Origin: Macrostomum lignano | Lineage: Eukaryota | Direction: 5' to 3' | Assembly: GCA_002269645.1 (NCBI GenBank) | Contig: NIVC01000012.1 | Location: 930,001 to 994,000 of the forward strand | DNA: 64,000 nucleotides | In this document: positions 21,651 to 33,790 of the stretch, in pieces | Layout: every line of letters begins with the position of its first letter | How positions within the stretch are numbered: position 1 is the first letter of the stretch | The notes under the pieces: model-generated | Told to the model about the DNA's origin: nothing | The model's database searches: none | Seen by the model: the letters and a program-made list of their open reading frames with translations, nothing else | Translations under genes and position numbers: made by a program

Positions 21651-22512
21651 TGAATTTTTTCTTCCCTTTTCGCAGATCTATCGATAAACGTGGACGATTG
21701 CATGCGAACTCTTTTATTTTAGGTTGAAGTCAACTCTATTTACTTTTGGGATTTGGAATATTTAGGCCAGTTTTAATCACTTTTGAACTACACGAGCGTA
21801 TTGTACAAGCTATTACGCAAAAAAATCGTCTGAATCATTCTCTTTTTGGTCCCTGTAGATTTTTCGAGTTTATAACTTGCCTTTGCATGCTAGCGATTCA
21901 TTTTCTGTACATAATTATTGTAAACATAAGATTAAAAGCTGCTGAAAGAATTAATAAACCTGGCCCGCAGGATGCTTAAGAGTATAAAATGTCAGATTTT
22001 TTAGTGCATTAGGTAAAAAATACTTCGTTTTGCTTTAAAAAATTAAGGCAATCTGCAAATTTTTTTCAAATTCAGGTTTTTTTAATGTTCCCTCTGCCCC
22101 CACACCAATCGTTCGATAATTCATAACCCTTAGCAGCAAAAAATGAGTAGTAAAACTTCCTGGTCTTTGAAAGAGAACCAGCCCATATTTTATACATGGT
22201 CTGTAAACCCTGGCCTGGAAATGCCTGGATCAAACAAAGAGGCTCGAAATAAGCTATTTTTTATCGGGGGGGGGTATAACAAGACAGGAGGCAGCTGGTG
22301 CAATAAAAATGTCGGAAAGAGGCTCGAGAGGCCTTAAGTTTGCTTCTACACACGCTATATTCCTCGCAATTCAGTTAGAAATAAAATTGATACATACTTC
22401 CCTACCCCACCAACACACCACCCGCTTGTTTGCTATCCCTATCAAACAGGCACTTAAAATGCTTCCTTTTCTGTTCTAACTCAGTCTCCCTGAGTTAGAT
22501 TGCAGTTCAGTA

Positions 22513-22542
22513 CTAGCAATCTTCGTCCCCCCTTCGGGGCGC
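22513..22542 (-). mobile_element. Helitron-type 3' terminus (GC hairpin + CTAG|T)
   Basis: Minus strand gcgccccgaaggggggacgaagattgCTAG|T, with the same agattgCTAG ending as the termini at 23841, 28023 and 55286. Confidence 0.65.
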
Positions 22543-22583
22543 GCAAAAAGAAAAGAGCAAAAGTTATTCATGGAAACAATTAC

Positions 22584-22715
22584 AGTTGCTGGGCCATAGA
22601 CTCCCAGCTCCTCAGTTGCTGGGCCACAGACTCTCAGATTCTCAGTTGCTGGGTCACAGACTCCCAGATCCTCAGTTGCTGGGCCATCAGCTTGCCAGAT
22701 CCTCAGTTGCTGCCC
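22584..22715. repeat. 30-bp tandem repeat (cagttgctgggccacagactcccagatcct), ~4 copies
   Basis: Direct inspection. Confidence 0.9.
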
Positions 22716-22808
22716 ACTATCCTCCATGGATTTAAGCTACTAATGGAAGAGCTGCTGAGCTAAATGCAGCCAGGAAACTAAACTCCCTTCACCGCGCATC
22801 CCCGCAGA

Positions 22809-23067
22809 CTCAGCGGCGGCATCGGAGCCTTCAAGGACATCTCGCACCGTATGAGCAGCTAACTGGAGGAGCAGGCAGTGATACTGGACGAATTTGATGA
22901 GAACACCACCGAGAGACAGAGATGAACACCACCGAGAGCAAGCTGGACACCACAATGAAAAAGATGGCCAAAGTGTTGCACATGTCAATGACAGGCGGCA
23001 GTGGACTGTCATTGGCGTGTTGTTGCTAGTGCTCATAATTCTCATTGTGCTTTTGTTTGTACTGTGA
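22809..23067 (+). pseudogene. STX6: Syntaxin-6 C-terminal fragment (SNARE motif + transmembrane anchor)
   Basis: LSGGIGAFKDISHRMSS*LEEQAVILDEF../EMNTTESKLDTTMKKMAKVLHMS/NDRRQWTVIGVLLLVLIILIVLLFVL* matches the STX6/STX10 Qc-SNARE end; contains an in-frame stop, a small duplication and frameshifts. Confidence 0.85.
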
Positions 23068-24064
23068 ACAGTTAAGTATTAAATACGGCTGCAGTTATCT
23101 CATTTTGATTAAAGATTTCTTAGAAATGCATATCCTGTATGTCAAATACAGATATAGAATCTACAAGTCTTGATCCCAATTATCCCAGTCCTGATTCTTT
23201 TTATCACAATCCCGATCCCCTTAATCGTCAATCCTGATTCCGATTATCCCAATCCTGATCCCATTTATTCCAATTTTGCACTCCTGATCCCATTTAACCC
23301 AATCCTGGTTGCATTTATCGCCAATCCCTTCAAAATCAGTCTGTTTAGTTTGGATTTTTAGAAGTAGTCATTTGCTTTTGAGTTTTAATACTCAAATTAT
23401 GCGCAAGTCAACGGATTAATAAGCGTTTAGGTTTTATGTTATCCCTTCTTTGTCTTGGTCGCCTATTTTGAATGTTGCAACAAAACTTTTAATTTAGCGT
23501 GACCACTACTTGTCGATTTCGTTAACAGTAGTATCTGATGTACACGCTAAGACAGATTTATATTTAGTAAAAATCGACAGCGATAGTCTGTTTGTATGTA
23601 TTTGTAATTTGACGAATAATTTGAATATTTTGCAGCTGTGACGTTTCTCTCGTTGCTTGTTACCGCAAGGGTGGCTCCTGTACTGTTTTAATTATAAGAG
23701 TAATAATGATACTCTGGTTTCCTACAAGTGTGTACAATGTAGTAAACATAATACTGTACTCAAAGAAGCAAGGTATATAGATAATGTGTTCTGTGTTGTT
23801 GATTTCTTTGCATACAAATAATCGATTTATAGTACATTTACTAGCAATCTACGCCCCCCGTTGGGGAGCCAAAGAAATGCAATACACGTTTTTTTAATAA
23901 GCTACATGTATCCTTGAAATCCTAAAAAATCTTCTGTCAAACCTTGTAAGCCTTGACATGTCAGTTATCCCCCCCCCACAAGCTTTAACATATCAACTTC
24001 CCCCCTTGACATCTCAGCAATGCCCCCAATAAGCCTTGGAAATCTAAAAATATCTGTCAACCTT

Positions 24065-24120
24065 CTAACCCTAACCCTAGCCTAACCCTAACCCTAACCC
24101 TAACCCTAACCTAACCCTAA
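24065..24120. repeat. Interstitial telomere-like (CCCTAA)n tract, ~9 units
   Basis: ctaaccctaaccctagcctaaccctaaccctaaccctaaccctaacctaaccctaa; degenerate copy at about 24495-24540. Confidence 0.9.
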
Positions 24121-24983
24121 AGCATTGAAATTTCAGTAATTCTCTCTAAGAGTCATTATAGCACTACTACAGCATTATAGCGATTCCCTGCAAGCCTCAA
24201 CATCGTAGGGATTCCCAAATGAATCTCTTAACTTCGACATGAAGCTTATTTTATTTTTTACATTACGCTTTTTTATCAGCGATCCCTCCCCTGAGGAGGC
24301 ATCAAATAATGTAATAAAAAGTTTTCAATAAACTACATGTAGCTTCTGACTTTAGCCTTGAAATCTCATTTATACCCCCGTGAGCCTTGACATCTCAGCT
24401 ATTCCCCCGTAAGCCTTGACATGTCAGCAATGGCCCCCATAAACCTTGAAATCTAAAAAATCCCCTGTTAACCTTGAAACCCGATAAAATATAACCCTCA
24501 ACCCACACCTGACCTAAACCTAACTTTAACCCAACCTAAAGCCTTGAAATCTCAGCAATTCTTCTCCCCTAAGCCTTGACATTTTAGTGATTCCTTCTTT
24601 AAGAATAACAGCACTATAACGATTTCCACCAAGCTTTGACATCGTAGCAATTCCCAAATGAATCTTTCAACTTCGACATGACTTTTCTTTTATGTATACA
24701 TAGTGCTACTTTTATTTTTTACATGACTCTTCTTCTATCAGCGCCCCCCCCCCGTGACATGAACTTTGAAGTAGCTTCTGACTTTTGCTTTGACATCTCA
24801 GAAACCCCCCCCCCCCGTAATCTCAGTTATTCTCTGAGAGCCTTTACGTCTCAGTTTTTCTCCCCAGCACAGCATTATAATTGCATTTAATTTTTACATG
24901 AACCCTTCATGTCTGACATGACGTTTTTTTATTCTACCGTGACGCTTCTTAATTTTTTAAATGACACTTTCATTAGTTTTTAA

Positions 24984-27412
24984 ATGAGGCTTCTATGATT
25001 TTTTCTTGACGCTTCTATGATTTTTACATGACGCTTCTATGATTTTTATATGACGCTTCTATGATTGTTTACATGACGCTTCTATGATTGTTTACATGAC
25101 GCTTCTATGATTGTTTACATGACGCTTCTACGATTTTTTACATGACACTTCTATGATTGTTTACATGACGCTTCTATGATATTTTACATGGCGCTTCTAT
25201 GATTGTTTACATGACGCTTCTATGATTGTTTACATGACGCTTCTATGATTGTTTACATGACGCTTCTACGATTTTTATATGACGCTTCTATGATTTTTTA
25301 AATGGCGCTTCAATGATTTTTTAATGACGCTTCTATGATTTTTTACATGACGCTTCTATGATTTTTTACATGACGCTTCTATGATTGTTTACATGACGCT
25401 TCTATGATTGTTTACATGACGCTTCTATGATTGTTTACATGACGCTTCTATGATTGTTTACATGACGCTTCTATGATTGTTTACATGACGCTTCTATGAT
25501 TTTTTGAATGACGCTTCTATGATTTTTATATGACGCTTCTATGATTTTTTACATGACGCTTCTACGATTTTTATATGACGCTTCTATGATTTTTTAAATG
25601 ACGCTTTTATGATTTTTTAAATGACGCTTCTATTATTTTTTAATGACGCTTCTATGATTGTTTAAATGACGCTTCTATGATTTTTTACATGACTCTTCTA
25701 TGATTTTTTAAATGACGCTTCTATTATTTTTTAATGACGCTTCTATGATTGTTTAAATGACGCTTCTATGATTGTTTACATGACGCTTCTATGATTGTTT
25801 ACATGACGCTTTTATGATTGTTTACATGACGCTTCTATGATTGTTTACATGACGCTTCTATGATTGTTTACATGACGCTTCTAAGATTTTTTACATGACG
25901 CTTCTACGATTTTTTACATGACGCTTCTATGATTGTTTACATGACGCTTCTATGATTTTTTGAATGACGCTTCTATGATTTTTATATGACGCTTCTATGA
26001 TTTTTTACATGACGCTTCTATGATTGTTTACATGACGCTTCTATGATTGTTTACATGACGCTTCTATGATTTTTTGAATGACGCTTCTATGATTTTTATA
26101 TGACGCTTCTATGATTTTTTACATGACGCTTCTACGATTTTTATATGACGCTTCTATGATTTTTTAAATGACGCTTTTATGATTTTTTAAATGACGCTTC
26201 TATTATTTTTTAATGACGCTTCTATGATTGTTTAAATGACGCTTCTATGATTGTTTACATGACGCTTCTATGATTGTTTACATGACGCTTCTATGATTGT
26301 TTACATGACGCTTCTATGATTGTTTACATGACGCTTCTATGATTGTTTACATGACGCTTCTATGATTGTTTACATGACGCTTCTATGATTGTTTACATGA
26401 CGCTTCTATAATTGTTTACATGACGCTTCTATGATTGTTTACATGACGCTTCTATGATTTTTTACATGACGCTTCTATGATTTTTTACATGACACTTCTA
26501 TGATTGTTTACATGACGCTTCTATGATTTTTTACATGACTCTTCTATGATTTTTTAAATGACGCTTCTATTATTTTTTAATGACGCTTCTATGATTGTTT
26601 AAATGACGCTTCTATGATTGTTTACATGACGCTTCTATGATTGTTTACATGACGCTTTTATGATTGTTTACATGACGCTTCTATGATTGTTTACATGACG
26701 CTTCTATGATTGTTTACATGACGCTTCTAAGATTTTTTACATGACGCTTCTACGATTTTTTACATGACGCTTCTATGATTGTTTACATGACGCTTCTATG
26801 ATTTTTTGAATGACGCTTCTATGATTTTTATATGACGCTTCTATGATTTTTTACATGACGCTTCTATGATTGTTTACATGACGCTTCTATGATTGTTTAC
26901 ATGACGCTTCTATGATTTTTTGAATGACGCTTCTATGATTTTTATATGACGCTTCTATGATTTTTTACATGACGCTTCTACGATTTTTATATGACGCTTC
27001 TATGATTTTTTAAATGACGCTTTTATGATTTTTTAAATGACGCTTCTATTATTTTTTAATGACGCTTCTATGATTGTTTAAATGACGCTTCTATGATTGT
27101 TTACATGACGCTTCTATGATTTTTTACATGACGCTTCTATGATTGTTTGCATGACGCTTCTATGATTTTTTAAATGACGCTTCTATGATTTTTATATGAC
27201 GCTTCTATGATTTTTCACATGACGCTTCTATGATTGTTTACATGACGCTTCTACGATTTTTTAAATGACGCATCTATGATTTTTATATGACGCTTCTATG
27301 ATTTTTTAAATGACGCTTCTATGATTGTTTACATGACGCTTCTATGATTTTTTTACATGACGCTTCTATGATTTTGTAAATGACGCTTCTATGATTTTTA
27401 CATGACGCTTCT
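24984..27412. repeat. 20-21 bp minisatellite (acatgacgcttctatgattgttt), >100 copies, with higher-order blocks
   Basis: Direct inspection; a variant series containing ctctt/cttcta-ag recurs, for example near 25680-26200 and 26530-27050. Confidence 0.98.
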
Positions 27413-28159
27413 TTTTAAAAAGTCTTTTAGTTTTCCTGACGTTGAAAAGCTTTAATTAAAAAAATTATACTCTATGAAAATTCGAACCATCGTCGCTGCA
27501 TTTAGCAGTTCAGTCTGTTTACCTCTAGGCTAGCTCTCATCGTTTTGATAACATCAAAATTTGCACTTATATAATTCAACACTTGAAAATCCAAGCATAG
27601 AGTAAATCACACGAAGCAGTTATGACATAATCAGTTTCTCAGTCAGTCAGTATCAGTTAACAATATGGTTACGCAATTTAAATCAAGTCTGGTGCTACGC
27701 TTCCACACTGCATTTTCAATTCAAGTCGGAGTTACAATTCAGTTATGATGCAATCTATTTCAGAGTCAGAATTCAACCAGTCAGTTTTTTCTCTAGCATT
27801 CTTACAATGCATTTCAAGTCGAAAAGTTTGCTTGACCTTTGCAAAAAAGCATGTTTTTCGAATATTTAATGCCTTTAGCATCGAGCAATTTCTTAGCCAC
27901 GATGCATGTACAGTCACGGGAAAATTTCTGATCGAACAGTGCAAGTTCGAACAAAATCGGTCCAGCCATTTTTTCTCTAATCGATCACATAGACACAGAC
28001 AGACCATTTTTAGTATATAGGACTAGCAATCTTTGCCCCCCGATGGGGGCATCTGGATAGAATCCTTGTTTTTTACAAATAACAAATAGACAGCGAAATA
28101 AAGCCTTCAGAAAAAACAACAGACATTCCCTCTTAAAAACAAAACATCCCAAGACAGCA

Positions 28160-28830
28160 AGCATCCTCAGACAACATTCAAGCATTGATCCCCAAATAGC
28201 AAGCATCCCCCAGACTGCAAGCATCCCCCAGATAGCAAGCATCCCCAGATAGCAAGCATCCCCCAGACTGCAAGCATCCCCCCGATAGCAAGCATTCCCC
28301 CAGACCCCAGATAGCAAGCATCCCCCAGATAGCAAGCATCCCGCAGATAGCAAGCATCCCCCAGATAGCAAGCATTCCTCAGATAGCAAGCATCCCCCAG
28401 ATCGCAAGCATCCCCAGATAGCAAGCATTCCCCCAGACCCCAGATAGCAAGCGTCCCCCAGATGGCAAGCATCCCCAGATAGCAAGCATCCCCCAGACTG
28501 CAAGCATCCCCCGATAGCAAGCATTCCCCCAGACCCCAGATAGCAAGCATCCCCCAGATAGCAAGCATCCCGCAGATAGCAAGCATCCCCCAGATAGCAA
28601 GCATTCCTCAGATAGCAAGCATCCCCCAGATCGCAAGCATCCCCAGATAGCAAGCATTCCCCCAGACCCCAGATAGCAAGCGTCCCCCAGATAGCAAGCA
28701 TCCCGCAGATAGCAAGCATCCCCCAGATAGCAAGCATCCCGCAGATAGCAAGCATCCCCTAGATAGCAAGCATCCCCCCCCAGATAGCAAGCATCCCCCA
28801 GACAGCAAGCAACCCCTGATAGCAAGCATA
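28160..28830. repeat. 18-19 bp minisatellite (gatagcaagcatccccca)
   Basis: Direct inspection; reverse-complement copy at about 54700-55150. Confidence 0.97.
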
Positions 28831-29359
28831 ACCTGGATACAAAGAGACCTTATAGATATCTAGCAACCCCCTCTCAGATAGCAAGTACTCTCCACCCCCA
28901 AGAGCAAGCATCCCCCAGATAGCAAGTATCCATCCTTAAATAGCAAGCATCCACCAGAGAACAAGTAGCTAGTGCAACAATTTCCTTAGCTTTATAATGG
29001 TTTCATTTTGTTTGGCATGACACTTCTTTTATGTTTGAAATGGTGTCTCTTTTTTGTTTAAAAAAGTGGCTTTTTAATGTTTGACATGGTAGCTCTTTTG
29101 TGTTTGACATGATAGCTCTTTAATGTTGGACGTGGTGGCCCTTTTGTGTTTGACATGGTAGCTCTTTAATGTTTGACATGGTGGCTCTTCTATGTTTGCC
29201 ATGGCGGCCCTTTTACGTTTGAAATGGTGTCTCTGTTATGTTTGACATGGTGGCTTAGTTGTTTGACATGGTGGCTCTTCTATGTTTGACATGGTGGCTC
29301 TTCTATGTTTGACATGGCGGCCCTTTTACATTTGAAATTGTGTCTTTTTATATTGGGCA

Positions 29360-32209
29360 CAAGCTGTTGAAACCCGCGGATTTTGAACCCGGGGAATTTC
29401 AATCCCTGGAACTATTTTGCATGTACTCATATTCTAAAATCTGAGGTCAAACTCAAACAAAAACTCGTTAATAGTTAGGTAAGAATTAAACATAAAATAG
29501 AGTACATTCGTAAAAAATTAGGATTTGAGGCAAACATTTATATTGTTGGCTGGGGTGCTCCGAACAGGCAAACTCTGGCCTCTGCCTCTCCTTATGTCCC
29601 TTGGATCCTTAGAAACTTTGACCTTCTCTTCTGTTTCCTCTCCTCTCTCTCGTCTCTGTCTCTTCTCTCTCTCTCCTCTATCCCCTATTCTCTCGTCTAT
29701 TCTCTCTCCCTTCTATTCTTTTATCCCTCCTCTCTACTCTCTCCTCTCTCTCCTCTCATCTCTTCTCTTCTTTCCTCTCTCCTCTCTCCTCTCTTCTATC
29801 GTCTCTTCCCTCACCTCTCTTCTCTCTCGTCTTTGCTCTCTTATCTATCTCTTCTTTCTCTTCTTTTATCTTTTCTCTCTTCTCTTTTCTCATTCTTTCT
29901 GCATGTTCTCTCCTCTCTCTTTCCCTCTCTCTCTCCTCTCTCTCTCCTCTTATCTCTCTGCTCTCTCCTGTCCCATATCTCTTTCTCCTCTAATCTCTCC
30001 CCTGTTTCATCTCCTCTCTCGTCCTTTCTACTCTTTCCCCTGTCCTCTCGTTTCTCTCCCCTCCCCTCCTCTCTCCTCACTCACTTCTCTCTCCCTTTGT
30101 CTTACCTCTCATCTCTTATTTCTATCCTTTTTTCTCTCCACTCTCCCATCTCTCGTCTGTTCACTCTCGTCTCTGGTCTCTCATCTCCCCTCTCTCATCT
30201 GCCATCTTTACTCTCTTATACTCGTATGTTTTCTCACCTCTCTCATCTGTACTCTTCTTTTCCCCTCTTTTGACTCCTCTCTTTCCTTCTCCTTTTTCCC
30301 TTCTCTTCTCTTCCCTCTTCTATTCTCTCCCTCTCTTGTCTTCTCTCTTCTCTCTTCGCTCTCCTCTCTCCTCTCATATATCGCGTTCACTCTCATCTTT
30401 GCTCTCTACCCCCTCTCTCTTCTGTCATCTTTACTCTCCACTCTCCTGTGTACTCTTCTCTTTCCCCTCTACTGAATCCTCTCTTCTTACTCCTCTTCTC
30501 TTCCCTCTTCTATACTCTTCTCTTGTCTCTTTGCACTCTGCTCTCTCTTCCTTCATCTCTCATCTCTACTCTCTCGTCTCCACAATCTCATCTCTTTCCT
30601 CTCTCCTCTTCTTCCCTTTACTCTATCATCTCTCCTTTCTCCTCTCTTCTTTCTCAACTCTCTCTCTCTCTCATCTCTTATCTCCTCTCTTCTCACTCCT
30701 CTCTCCCTCTCTCTCCCTCCTATCTCCTCTCTGTTCTCTATTCTCTTCTCACTCTTCTCTACTCTCCTCTCTCATCGATCCTCTGTCTCATCTCTCCCCT
30801 CTTCTCTCTTCCTCTTCTCACCTCTACTCTTTCCTCTCCCTCCTGTCTCCCCTCCTCTCGCTTCCTCCTCCCATATTCTCTGCTCTCTCCTCGTCCTCAC
30901 CCCACTCGTCTTTCCTGTTATCTTATATCTTTTCTCTTACCCCCTCTCACCCTTCCTCTCTTTCTAATAGTCTATTCCTTTTCTTTTTTACTCTCATCTG
31001 GCCCGCAGCCATGAGCTGGATTCTTTATCTGGCCTTTGAGTTAAAAATCTACCGATCCCTGCTTTGAAAGCCAGTTTGTGGGACGTCGTACTATCATGGT
31101 TATCATTTCTTATGCTTTAAACACGTCACCTTTCTGGCCAATTAGCAGCCCTGAGAGGAATTTGTGTATCTCCAGCTCCACCACCACAGTCTGCACTCTG
31201 CAGCAGTCTAACAACCAAGGAAATGCGCATTTCTTAGGAGTCATTTAAATTTTAAAGTTACTCTATGCGAAAATTAATGTTAAAAGCTTCATGGTGTAAC
31301 TAATTTAGTAGGATTGCATTGTAATAAGTTATTCATTAATTTTTCGCTATTTTTATAAACCATCCCACATCGCCTTGATTTGCCATCCTTGTTTAACTGC
31401 TGCGACTTGTCTATACAGAGGACAGTAGTTTGAATCTCTCGCTAAACTTTCTCCTCTCCACGCCTCTCCACTCGCGGGGGTACAGAGACGGCTATTAAAA
31501 AGTTATTCCAAAACACTGTACATTTGCTATGTACATTCAGTCCTATCGCCTGACCCTTCGTCTGGCTCTGGGGGAATGAGTGAGTGAGTGGCACAAACAA
31601 CAGAAAAAGCAGACAAACTTCACATGCTTACAGTTTCTTTTTCGGTTGAGTTACAGAGTTGAAACTTTACATTTAGATAGAGAATGAGTCAATGAAGAAT
31701 TGTGTCAAGTTTGAAGTCAATCGCTTTACGTGGAGCAAACTTATGGCAGCTGAAAGTTAGTCAATTTTGAAACCCTTATACACATCTGGGCCCAGATCAG
31801 GATCGGGAAAGAGAGGCAGGCGGGCGGAGGTTGGGGTGGTTGCTACGCTGAAAAAAACAGCCTAACTTTAAAAGTGCACAGCACCGCTCAGGATTAACTT
31901 TGAGACTCGAAATTTTACACAATTGTGCCAAAATAGTTGAAAATTGCCTGTGTCAAATTTGAAGAGAATCGGTAGAAGTGGAACGGCGCTATGGAGGATT
32001 AAGTGAAAAAATCGCGCATTTTGAGCAGTTTTTTGTACTTTTAGGTAGGAAGACTCAAATTTAGGAAATTAAAAGGTAGCCTAAGACATTCTCCGTAGTA
32101 AGTTTAGGGTGGGTGTAAAGTTTGGTGTAATTTGGTTGAGCGGTTTGGGAGTCCATAGCGAAGTAATTTGTCCACAGACAGACAGAGTTTTGATTTTTAT
32201 AGGTAGAGA
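29360..32209 (-). mobile_element. Nested non-autonomous Helitron D (5' TC, 3' CTTG), inserted at A|T without TSD
   Basis: 5' A|TCTCTACCTATAAAAATCAAAACTCTGTCTGTCTG; 3' imperfect hairpin + cagCTTG|T. Flanks gagccatta and tgcccaata are contiguous at the paralogous empty site 54011/54012. Confidence 0.87.
29620..31000. repeat. CT-rich (polypyrimidine) low-complexity tract
   Basis: About 1.4 kb of degenerate (ctct)n; the ORFs over it are compositional artefacts. Confidence 0.95.
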
Positions 32210-32224
32210 TAATGGCTCAATAAT

Positions 32225-33670
32225 GTTTTGACATGGTAGCTCTTTTATGTTTGATATGGTGGCTCCCTTATGTGTGACATGGTGTCTTTTTTATTTTTAA
32301 TGTTTGACATGGAGTCATATATGTTTGACATGGAGTCATATATGTTTGACATGGAGTCATATATGTTTGACATGGTGGCTCTTTAATGTTTGACATGGAG
32401 TCACGTATATGTTTGACATGGTGGCTCTTTAATGTTTGACATTGAGTCACGTATATGTTTCACATGATGGCTCTTTTATGTTTGACATGATGGCTCTTTT
32501 ATGTTTGACATGGTAGCTCTTTTATATTTTACATGGTGGCTCTTTTATGTTCGACATGGCTGATCTTGAATGTTTGACATGGTGGCTCTTTAATGTTTGA
32601 CATGGTGGCTCTTTAATGTTTGACATGGTGGCTCGTTTATGTTTGACATGGTGGCTCCTTAATGTTGAACATGGTGGCTCTTTAATATTCGACATGGTGG
32701 CTCTTTTATGTTTGACATGATGGCTCTTTTATGTTTGACATGGTAGATCTTTTATGTTTGACATGGTGGCTCTTAAATGTTTGAAATGTTGTCTCTGTTA
32801 TGTTCGACATGGTGTCTCTTGAATGTTTGACATGGTGGCTCTTTAATGTTTGACATGGTGGCTCTTTTATGTTCGACATGGTGGCTCTTTTATGCTCGAC
32901 ATGGTGGCTCTTTAATGTTTGACATGGTGGCTCTTTAATGTTCAACATGGTGGCTATTTTATGCTCGACATGGTGGCTCTTTTATGTTTGACATGGTGGC
33001 TCTTAAATGTTTGAAATGTTGTCTCTGTTATGTTCGACATGGTTTCTCTTGAATGTTTGACATGGTGGCTCTTTAATGTTTGACATGGTGGCTCTTTTAT
33101 GTTTGACATGGTGGCTCTTTTATGCTCGACATGGTGGCTCTTTTATGTTTGACATGGTGGCTCTTAAATGTTTGAAATGTTGTCTCTGTTATGTTCGACA
33201 TGGTGGCTCTTTTATGTTTGACATGGTAGCTCTTTTATATTTTACTTGGTGGCTCTTTAATGTTTGACATGGTGGCTCTTCAATGTTCAACATGGTGGCT
33301 CTTTAATGTTCGACATGGTGGCTCTTTAATGTTTGACATGATGGCTCTTTTATGTTTGAAATGTTGTCTCTGTTATGTTTGACATAGTGGCTCTTTAATG
33401 TTCGACATGGTGGCTCTTTTATGTTTGACATGATGGCTCTTTTATGTTTGAAATGTTGTCTCTGTTATGTTCGACATGGTGGCTCTTTAATGTTTGACAT
33501 GGTGGCTCTTTAATGTTTGACATTGAGTCACGTATATGTTTCACATGGTGGCTCTTTTATGTTTGAAATGGTGGCTCTTTTATGTTTGACATGGTGTCTC
33601 TTCTGTGTTCTACATGGTGGCACTTTTTTTTGTTTGGCATGGTGGCTCTTTTATATTTGACATTGCGCTT
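32225..33670. repeat. 20-21 bp minisatellite (tttgacatggtggctcttttatg); continues at about 29080-29340
   Basis: Direct inspection; reverse-complement arrays at about 51500-52874 and 53898-54400. Confidence 0.97.
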
Positions 33671-33722
33671 CTTTTATGTTTAGCATTTTGTGTTTTAAAG
33701 TGTTTTAATAAAAAAATGTTTT

Positions 33723-33790
33723 TGCACTACTAAGATTCGAACCCAGGTCGCTACATTAGCAGTCCAGTCTGTTCCCATCTTGGCTATCTC
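33723..33790 (-). other. tRNA-Ser(GCT)-derived SINE-head-like segment inside the Helitron 5' module
   Basis: GAGATAGCCAAGATGG..TGGACTGCTAAT..GGTTCGAATC (A-box-like, Ser-GCT anticodon arm, B box). Copy at 51363-51430 (+) and degenerate copy at about 27481-27540. Not a complete cloverleaf. Confidence 0.6.

Larger units (their letters stand above)
23841..28022 (-). mobile_element. Non-autonomous Helitron B (minisatellite-filled)
   Basis: 5' TCCTATATACTAAAAATGGTCTGTCTG at 28022; 3' hairpin ctccccaacgggggg + agattgCTAG|T at 23841. Confidence 0.82.

Noticed and set aside
17981-22006. CACTA..TAGTG as the ends of the EnSpm-like element
   Set aside because: The match is limited to 5 bp, and the 3-bp flanks differ (TAA vs CAT).
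24984-27412. Regular 20-bp repeats as a CRISPR array
   Set aside because: No unique spacers, no cas genes, eukaryotic context; these are minisatellites (same for the other arrays).
27985-31067. Long ORFs over the gatagcaagc array and the CT-rich tract
   Set aside because: Translations of tandem or low-complexity DNA that lack stops by composition (likewise 37964-38911, 54610-55201 and 62542-63077).
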